A stretch of DNA of 64,000 nucleotides from Octopus sinensis (taxonomy: Eukaryota): the NCBI RefSeq assembly GCF_006345805.1, contig NC_043001.1, positions 61,194,001 through 61,258,000 on the forward strand, read 5' to 3'. Below are positions 55,003 through 64,000 of this stretch, one piece after another. A model generated the notes under the pieces. It had not been told where the DNA came from, searched no databases, and was given only the letters and a program-made list of their open reading frames with translations. The position numbers and the translations under genes are program-made. Within the stretch, counting starts at the first letter, position 1. The number at the start of each line of letters is the position of its first letter.

Positions 55003-55156
55003 TATATATATATACCGTATTGTAACGTGCATAAGGAAGCCCCTAATTTGGTGGGGCTTAAAATTTGGAATAACATTTTGCAAGGAATTATAAAAGTATC
55101 CATATTTTTTAACCTAATTTTTGACAAAAATGGTATCCTTATTCACGTTAAAACAC

Positions 55157-55197
<41 letters not shown>

Positions 55198-55493
55198 GCA
55201 AATTCCATAAACCAACCTACGCAAATTCCATAAACCAACCTTTCAATAGAAATATTCTCCTGAATTGAACTGCAACTGACCATTCAAAGTACAACAATCA
55301 AGGCACTCCCAAATTTCTCCACCCCTTCTCCTCATCATCCCCTCTTCTCCTTCTACCCTACCAAGAATTCACAAACACACAAGTGCAAACAAGGGAGTCA
55401 GAGAAAGGCAGAATGCCACTAAAATTTGAAAACTATACAAATATTCCTTTAAAAAAGCTTTTCTTCTAATTTTTCTAAATTTAATTATTTAAT

Positions 55494-55541
55494 CGTTACA
55501 GTTGAAAAGGTCTCAAAATGACCGAAACCGGTACTGAAATG
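55494..55541 (+). ncRNA. Type I hammerhead ribozyme, U3-A8 variant (array unit 1)
   Basis: CGUUACAG-UUGAAAA-GGUC(UCAAAAU)GACC-GAAA-CCGG-UA|CUGAAAUG: stem I 7/8 pairs, 4-bp stem II. Confidence 0.8.
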
Positions 55542-55919
55542 TTCTTTATAAAATTATTTTAGCATTTTCTATTTTGGCTTGTTTTTTCATATATATATAT
55601 ATATTATATATATATATATATACGCAAATTCCATAAACCAACCTACGCAAATTCCATAAACCAACCTTTCAATAGAAATATTCTCCTGAATTGAACTGCA
55701 ACTGACCATTCAAAGTACAACAATCAAGGCACTCCCAAATTTCTCCACCCCTTCTCCTCATCATCCCCTCTTCTCCTTCTACCCTACCAAGAATTCACAA
55801 ACACACAAGTGCAAACAAGGGAGTCAGAGAAAGGCAGAATGCCACTAAAATTTGAAAACTATACAAATATTCCTTTAAAAAAGCTTTTCTTCTAATTTTT
55901 CTAAATTTAATTATTTAAT

Positions 55920-55967
55920 CGTTACAGTTGAAAAGGTCTCAAAATGACCGAAACCGGTACTGAAATG
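55920..55967 (+). ncRNA. Type I hammerhead ribozyme, U3-A8 variant (array unit 2)
   Basis: Identical to 55494-55541. Confidence 0.8.
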
Positions 55968-56343
55968 TTCTTTATAAAATTATTTTAGCATTTTCTATTT
56001 TGGCTTGTTTTTTCATATATATATATATATATAATATATATATATATACGCAAATTCCATAACCAACCTACGCAAATTCCATAAACCAACCTTTCAATAG
56101 AAATATTCTCCTGAATTGAACTGCAACTGACCATTCAAAGTACAACAATCAAGGCACTCCCAATTTCTCCACCCCTTCTCCTCATCATCCCCTCTTCTCC
56201 TTCTACCCTACCAAGAATTCACAAACACACAAGTGCAAACAAGGGAGTCAGAGAAAGGCAGAATGCCACTAAAATTTGAAAACTATACAAATATTCCTTT
56301 AAAAAAGCTTTTCTTCTAATTTTTCTAAATTTAATTATTTAAT

Positions 56344-56391
56344 CGTTACAGTTGAAAAGGTCTCAAAATGACCGAAACCGGTACTGAAATG
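56344..56391 (+). ncRNA. Type I hammerhead ribozyme, U3-A8 variant (array unit 3)
   Basis: Identical to 55494-55541. Confidence 0.8.
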
Positions 56392-58122
56392 TTCTTTATA
56401 AAATTATTTTAGCATTTTCTATTTTGGCTTGTTTTTTCATATATATATATATATATATACATTCGTGCAGAAATTGCAAGAGTTATGTACATTTATATAA
56501 GAACATATATACGTGTGAAGATATGTGTATGGGTATATGTATGTATGATGTATATGTATACTGTATATATGTGTCAGTATGTGCCTGCATGTTTGCGTTT
56601 GTCTCACACAAATATTGAAGAGCGCAACATGAATATGATTCTTTAATTTTTCTTTGAACTATCATAAAGCACCCATAACGTTTGATACTGAAGTTGTATT
56701 TCTATGTTTCTAATTGATTTCCAGCTATGTTCAATTTCCTTAGTTTTAAGAAGTTGGCAATTGTATTTTTCACCTTTCGCTAAACTGGATAATCAAATTT
56801 AATCAGAAGGATTCGCACAATGTGATGAATTGTCTCAGTTAACTAATGCCCATGCTGGGAATATTTTGAGCAACATCCGGTTTTGTCACTATTGTAATGT
56901 ACTGCGTACACTTGTGGTGTGTTTGCATGATTCCGTGCTATTAGCAGTTTGCTTCATTGGTATATTGACAAACAACATTGGATGGGGTTGTCGAAAATTG
57001 GTTTGTTGTCCCATGAAATATTCTGGTCTGAATTTAGCAGTATTGGTTACGTGATAACAACAAATAGGCGTTACTTAAGTTGTTCGAATATTTTAACGAC
57101 TTTTATAAGGACTTATATATATATGTGCCTTCTTAAATAATTCGATTCTTGTGAAGTTACTTAACATATAATTATTATGAATCAACACATAAGATATATG
57201 TTAGTCTATGGCTACGTTTGTTTGTTTGTCAGAACATTTAAAATATATCATTCAATATTCCAATAACTCGTCTAGAAATAGCTTCGTTAGAAGCTTCAGT
57301 TTTTAAAAATCTAGTATTAACAAAATTAGACATATATTTCAAATCGTCTTTATGTCATATGTTAAAAAGTTCAGCTTTCGATATCTTCGAGCGGCATCAG
57401 AAGAAGCATTTCCCCATGTTTCTCGCCAAGTGGGTCCATCGTTGAGAATATAAAAATGACAATGATATTTCTAATGATAAACAATCCATACTTTAAGCTA
57501 AAAAAAGCAAATAAATTATACAAATATAATGGGAATAGAAAGCTGGATATACAATGACATGGGCATTTCGAAGCTAAAACCATATCTGTGTACTATTATC
57601 ATCGCTAACTAATTCAATATTTGTTCGTGACAATTGATAATTGGTGTCCAGCAATAAGCATAATATAAAACAGAAAACAATTACTATGATGATGAGATAT
57701 CTAATATGTTATGAGGAACATATATTCCATACAGAAATGAAGTTCTTTGGGAATGAAACCACATAATAATTTTAGTAAAATCGTCTGTTTACATTGATAT
57801 TATATAGTAGGAGTGTATGAATTTGTCACACACTTGCTGTATGTGTTATTAAAACTGCGTAAAGAGTGTACTTTTCAATGAACTGTAATTGCAATTTAAA
57901 AGGAATCTTCGTTTCGCATATGTTTTCGACACATTGCTGTAAAAGTACAAGATAGAGTTTAAAGTAAAATCATTATTTTTTCAATAATATACAAACGTAT
58001 ATACACGTATGAAAATTTATATCAACATATACAAGACCCATAGACATGCATTCCTGTGTATCCGTGTGTGTGTTTGCATCTGTGTGTATGTATATATATA
58101 TATATTTTTTTATATACATATG

Positions 58123-58192
<70 letters not shown>

Positions 58193-59016
58193 CGTATATG
58201 CTTCTATGTATATATATATATATATATGTACATATATATACACACACACACACACACAGATATGCACACACATGCACATGGATTTACAAAAGATATAATA
58301 TGTGTTTACAAGATATACCACTATTATACAATGCATGAATGATAGTGGCATGCATTGAATTTTTATAATTAATATGGACTAACGTGTGTGTCAGCATATG
58401 CATTACAGAACATTTTTAAAGACAAACCAAAGTGACTAGACACAAGCGCACTAAAACATGCGAACACATTTGTAAAGGCATCTATATGCCATACACATTC
58501 TCAAAACAAATGACACAATATTATCTTAAGTTTTGTTTATATCTAGCAGAGAGATTTTATAAGAAAGGAAAATATTACGTGCTTTACATAACTGAAACGA
58601 AAATATAATATATTTCAATACCTTCGCTTTAATGAATCCTAATTCACGCACATGGTTGCATTTTGTTAAAAACAATTAAACGAAACAGATGAAGATTCCT
58701 ATTAAAAACGTAGTAGCAAAATTTCTATGAAGTTGGTAATAATTTTCATATGGGGATTCTATGACGAATCATAGTGTATAAAAGATAAGATTTTATGCAT
58801 TCATATACGATCGTATCATGGTAATAGTATATATATATATATATATACAGACACATGCATACGAAAAAACGCACGCATAAATATCTATCTCTCAGCCTAT
58901 TTCTTACACTTCCTTTCTGTTTCTTACACTCTTTTTCTTTTATATATATGTGTGTGTGTGTATACATATGTATATATATATATATGTATATATATATATG
59001 TATATATATACATTAT

Positions 59017-59567
59017 GTCAGGTCACTTTCGAGTGCTACTGGTAACATGTAACCCAGTACCTGTTGCATGGTCGGGTCGTCGGCGAATAAGCCGGCAACC
59101 CCACCAAGCTTGCTTGGTGAGCAGGGTGTTTATTGGACACCCTGCGGGATGAAAAACAAAACCTGTCAAATGGCGGAGTAACTCTTGAGAGTCAATGGCC
59201 ATCCAATAAATGTCTTAGGGCTGTATCATGTGCGGGGACATGGAAATAATCGGACTGAATACCCGATAGCGCGGTTAAACCATTGGGAGTGAAGGGCACC
59301 TAGCCTTTGTTAGGGCATCCTTCTAGGAGAGGGTAACTCAGGTAACTGGGATAACTCCGACATAAAACCTGCGGCTCAGTGGTTACCGATGATGTTGACT
59401 TGTTCTTCTTTTCGGATTATGGCTGCTGTTGCTTAGTGAGTGAGATTATCTCAGTGCACAGCCTTTCCTCACTTTAAAAAAAAATCTTCTTGCACAGGCA
59501 TTGCACGATAACAACATTGATTAAGCTTCGTGCAATGGCCATACTCGATAACGAGGAGGCACCCACC
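59017..59567 (+). mobile_element. ~550-bp structured interspersed repeat (second copy; a short 5' piece also at ~63541-63586)
   Basis: Reverse complement of 46181-46730; three consecutive hairpins at 59079-59145. Confidence 0.8.
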
Positions 59568-59603
59568 AAATGTATATATATATATACATATATATATATG
59601 TAT

Positions 59604-59678
<75 letters not shown>

Positions 59679-60658
59679 TGAAATAGAAAGATGAATAATC
59701 TTGTAGTAGATTAATCAAAAGTTTAACCGATACCTTAGTAGCAAAAATCACAGCAGTAAACAGCACGGTTGGAGGTACAACCATATGGTGTTGCAACCGT
59801 GCGTTGGTGCGGATAATTGAAATTAAAACATTATTGGTGAATTGAAGAAATGGAGCTGAACGCAGATTGAACAGAAATCGTTTTATTTCATTCTACACGT
59901 GTTTCGAAAGGCACAAATTACCAAAATCCGATTGAATAATGGGACCATATTGTGTAACCCAAGACTGAAGAAGTTTGAGGACGACTTGTGGGACATAGTT
60001 AGAAAGATTAAGTTCAGGAAGTCACCCAGGAGAAATGCCCACCTCAGATACCTAGATAAAATTACCAAGGACATTAATAGAACGGACGGAGTCCTGGTCC
60101 AGTCCGACAAGACCAGGAACACATACAAGATGCCCATTAAGCAGTACCTAGATTTACTCGGTAAAGAGATCAAGAAAAATTATAGAAAAACCAATTGGAG
60201 TACCCTGAGGAAGGTAAACTTGAAATTAAGGAAATAATATTTAAACACCGAATTCAAATGAGAACTCAGCCGCTTAGCCCTAAGCAACCCAGATTTATAG
60301 TGAAGGACCATAAACCGAACTTCCACACCAACCCAGCGCTAAGACTCATATGCCCTGCTAGATCTGATATCGGGATAATCAGTAAGTACATTTTAGATAA
60401 ATATATCCCTAGTTTAGTAAACAAGCTGAAGCTCAGCCTCTGGGCCAACTCCTCGCAGGTAGTGAAGTGGTTCTCTTCCATCCCCAATAAGAACCGTACT
60501 AGGTTCATTCAGTTTGATATCGCCAGCTTTTACCCCTCGATTAACCCTAGTGTGCTAAATAAGGCCCTCTGGCATGCTCACAACAAGGCTGGCCTCACCA
60601 GAGAAGAGATAGATATCATTTTAGTTGCCAGGAAATCGTTTATTAAGTTGATAATAAG

Positions 60659-62428
60659 TTGTGGATCCGTAAAGATACTCCCAATGAATTTGATGTGCCT
60701 ATGGGTAGTTCGGATAGTGCGCAGATAGCCGATTTGGTCGGAATATATATTCTCTACGAATTGTCCGACCAATTCCCGGAGATCGCGGGCGGCCTGTATC
60801 GTGACGATTGTCTGTTTTACCTGCAAAACACCACGAACAGAATAGTGCAGAAAACTAAGAGCAGGTTAGCTAGGTTTTTTAATAGAATGGGCATGAGTAT
60901 AGTTTTTGATAATGAACTCACCAAGGCTAATTTCCTAGACGTTACACTTAACCTTAATAGCGATTCATACTGCCCTTACCATAAGCCTTCCACTAATTTG
61001 AAGTATGTCAGTGTCTTCTCAAATCATGCCAAAACCGTAACAGACAATTTGGTTAAAAACATCTCTCTAAGATTGTCTGGCTTGTCCGCCAGTGCCGATA
61101 TTTTTATGCAGAAAGCGGAATTTTATAACGCCGCACTATCCAAGGCCGGTTATAGGCAGAAGGTAATTTATATTGATCCGGCCCTTCCGATGCCATCATT
61201 CGGTCATCAGGATAGGGCCGTATATAATAACATTAACATTTTAAGTAAGGACGGGAGCGCGGCGGATGCCGGGGTAGTCGCTCCCGCATTTAATTTAGCG
61301 AACAAGGATAATTATCGGTCCGGGAGGCCTTACACTAACCCAAGACCCGTTATTCATCCGAGAATCACCCACCCGAACGCGAGAGCTGGCGTCCCGACCC
61401 ATCACACTGATAGGAATAAGCATATATGGTTTGTAATCCCCTTTGGTAAGCAGATTAGAACTAACCTCCCCCTCATGTTTAGACAAGCCATCGCCAATAA
61501 CTTCCCCAGAAATTCCAAATATTACTCCACGGTTAACTCGCATAAAGTTAGGATAGCTTTCTCCAACACTAAAAACCTCGCCCAGATAATCGACTCCCAT
61601 AATAATAGGCTACTTACTAAGACCCTATCACCTTTTTCCGGAGGCACAGCCTCTTCCGCTCCCGGTTTAATGCTCAGTAGGAATAATTATAGTAGTAATA
61701 ATGATATGAGAGCCAGTACAGTGACACATAATCTCAGCTCCAGCCAGGGAGTACCCACTAGGGGTATAGTTATAAATAGGGGTGTTGTGGTTGACGGTAA
61801 CAATGGGAGTAGGGTAGAGAGCCCCAATAGCATCCCCAGCATCATTTCCCGCAATAGCAGCACCACGGGCAGTAGCAATGACAGCACTCTGATAGATAGT
61901 GGAGAATCAGGGGTTATTCCTATAGTTAATAGTGATGTAGTGGAAAATAGAGTAGTAAGCGGCTGCAGGTCTCGGAACGAATATAGTGACAGGAACGCAG
62001 TTCTAATTTCAGAAACTAATCCTAGCAGAATAAGATTCACGTCGGCGAACTCCAAGATCAAAAACGCCGTCTACCAATGCAAGGTTTACACGGACTCAGA
62101 TGTCTTCACTTATGTAGGGGCCTCATCCTCAAGATTGTCTTTGCGTGTCTCCAACCATTACGCAACTTTTCGGGACATGAACAAGCGCCATACCACGGGA
62201 CTCAGTAAGCTAATATGGCGACTGAAGGATACGAACTTAAGCTACAGGCTGGAATGGTCAATTTTGTCGGTGGCCCTCCCATTTGATAGGGGCAGAAGGC
62301 AGTGCAACCTTTGTGTCTCCGAACTCTTCCATATTTTGTTTGCCAGAGGCCGGATGGTAAACGGGCTTTTACAGTCGGCTTTTCGATGCCCCCATTGGCG
62401 GCGTTACACTTATCTGGCTTTTAAATAG
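60659..62428 (+). CDS. Naiad-type PLE RT core/thumb + expanded linkers + GIY-YIG (C-terminal open segment; the upstream part is in frameshifted ORFs 59899-60237 and 60195-60728)
   Basis: FDVPMGSSDSAQIADLVG, GGLYRDD, NFLDVTL, SNHAK, AVYQCKV...YVGAS..R..NH, TGLSKLIWRLK, QCNLCVSE, CPH; upstream KDHKPNF...RLICPARSDIG.ISK and FDIASFYPSI. Confidence 0.88.
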   Translation: MWIRKDTPNEFDVPMGSSDSAQIADLVGIYILYELSDQFPEIAGGLYRDDCLFYLQNTTNRIVQKTKSRLARFFNRMGMSIVFDNELTKANFLDVTLNLNSDSYCPYHKPSTNLKYVSVFSNHAKTVTDNLVKNISLRLSGLSASADIFMQKAEFYNAALSKAGYRQKVIYIDPALPMPSFGHQDRAVYNNINILSKDGSAADAGVVAPAFNLANKDNYRSGRPYTNPRPVIHPRITHPNARAGVPTHHTDRNKHIWFVIPFGKQIRTNLPLMFRQAIANNFPRNSKYYSTVNSHKVRIAFSNTKNLAQIIDSHNNRLLTKTLSPFSGGTASSAPGLMLSRNNYSSNNDMRASTVTHNLSSSQGVPTRGIVINRGVVVDGNNGSRVESPNSIPSIISRNSSTTGSSNDSTLIDSGESGVIPIVNSDVVENRVVSGCRSRNEYSDRNAVLISETNPSRIRFTSANSKIKNAVYQCKVYTDSDVFTYVGASSSRLSLRVSNHYATFRDMNKRHTTGLSKLIWRLKDTNLSYRLEWSILSVALPFDRGRRQCNLCVSELFHILFARGRMVNGLLQSAFRCPHWRRYTYLAFK

Positions 62429-63014
62429 CGTTTATAAATAATACCTGCACCCATAGCCCTTGGCAACAAATTCTGAAATAGACTTTAAGATATCTACGTT
62501 TAACCACAGCAAGGGGAATTACTCCTGTAAGACAAACGGGGCTTGGTTTTTTCACAGCGGGGGGTTTCCTTGACAAGGCAGGCTTAGATGAACACACACA
62601 CACATAAAACATAATATATATATTTTTTTTTCTGCCACCCAACGGTTCTCGCGGCAGTAGCCACTGACAGCCGAACGATCAAACGCACACACGTACACAA
62701 AAAATGTTTTCTACCCCTACGCCAACACACACATATATAGAACAGTATACACACACACACGTCTCTAAGTAGATTTTTTCTCGCCCCTTATAAAACATCC
62801 AATATTCCTTAAATAGTCAGAACTTTATTCTCGGTCACAAAGAACACCCACACACCCTCACCCACACGATTGACCGATGCCTGACCCGTTAAATTCTTCA
62901 GCCACCGGTTCTCAACATACACTGATAAACAGTTTCGCCATGGGCTCTTAGGAGCATAGTTCGATTTGTTTTTGCTCCGCCTCTGTTCTGTTTTTGTTTT
63001 TCCAACGGATTTCC

Positions 63015-63108
63015 TATTTTCTTCCTGAAGAGAAAGACACAATATGGTCCCATTATTCAATCGGATTTTGGTAATTTGTGCCTTTCGAAACACGTGTAGA
63101 ATGAAATA
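63015..63108 (+). ncRNA. Type I hammerhead ribozyme, canonical C3-G8 core, long stem II
   Basis: UAUUUUCUUC-CUGAAGA-GAAAGACACAA...UUGUGCCUUUC-GAAA-CACGUG-UA|GAAUGAAAUA: stem I 9/10, stem II 10/11, palindromic ACACGUGU. Confidence 0.85.
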
Positions 63109-63183
63109 AAACGATTTCTGTTCAATCTGCGTTCAGCTCCATTTCTTCAATTCACCAATAATGTTATATATATATATATATAA

Positions 63184-63283
<100 letters not shown>

Positions 63284-63653
63284 TTCTTTATGTTGTTTGC
63301 CTTGTTTTCCATTTGTCTCTTTCGTTGTTCGAAAAAATAGTTCATGTTCAAAGCACTCGTGCTTCATATTTCTGTGTGTTGTACACGTTTCATGATGTCC
63401 CATGCCCACCTATGCTTGTATATATATATATATATATATATATATACGTATACATGTAAGTATGTAAATATACGTATGTATATATACGCATATATATATA
63501 TATATGTATCTGTATATATGTGTGTGTATGTGTATATATATTATGCCAGGCCATTTTCGAGTGCGACTGGTAACATGTTACCCAGTATATGTATATGTAT
63601 ATATATATATATGTGTGTGTCTGTGTGTCTGTGTGTATGCATATGTATGTATA

Positions 63654-63796
<143 letters not shown>

Positions 63797-64000
63797 TCGT
63801 GAATTGATCGGCATCTTTTACTTATCAATATGTTATTAAGTAACATGATACTAAAGTTTTATTAGTCTAAGAGTTTATTGTGATTAAATTATCTCATAAT
63901 AACGTTTATTTAAATTATATTATATTATATTATAGTTCTATATTAGCTATAATTATTTTCAATAGCTAGCAGGTTTTAATTTTGTAAATATTATAATAAT

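Larger units (their letters stand above)
55197..56460 (+). repeat. Tandem array of three ~425-bp units, each with one HHR and ending in (TA)n
   Basis: Units start at 55197, 55623 and 56049 and are near-identical; HHR motifs at 55494, 55920 and 56344. Confidence 0.95.
59676..63165 (+). mobile_element. Young Naiad-type Penelope-like element with an inverted partial terminal repeat at its 5' end, inserted in (TA)n
   Basis: 59827-59955 is the exact reverse complement of 63037-63165; RT-EN coding ~59956-62428 with two apparent 1-nt frameshifts; (TA)n on both sides. Confidence 0.9.

Noticed and set aside
55197-56460. CRISPR-like or prokaryotic repeat array
   Set aside because: Units are 425 bp with no unique spacers, and the context is eukaryotic.
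62915-62970. Antisense CUAAGA-GCC(CAU)GGC-GAAA motif in the PLE 3' region
   Set aside because: G5 is missing and there is no stem I pairing; likely chance.

Overview
AT-rich, microsatellite-dense, non-genic or intronic animal DNA. The repeat families point to a coleoid cephalopod, probably Octopus (inference). No host gene can be firmly supported; almost all coding signal comes from transposons. These include at least seven Penelope-like element (PLE) copies or fragments of two clades (Neptune-type and Naiad-type RT + GIY-YIG), RTE, CR1 and R4/Dong LINEs, several Helitrons (including a head-to-tail composite dimer carrying mariner fragments), a Helentron-like relic, mariner relics, tRNA-derived SINEs and fold-back elements. 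The most striking unannotated signal is about a dozen type I hammerhead-ribozyme (HHR) motifs in PLE terminal repeats. Together they show all four Watson-Crick combinations at the catalytic-core 3-8 pair (C-G, U-A, A-U, G-C), and three of them sit in a near-identical ~425-bp tandem array with retrozyme-like architecture. Folds were worked out by eye; none has been tested computationally or experimentally.
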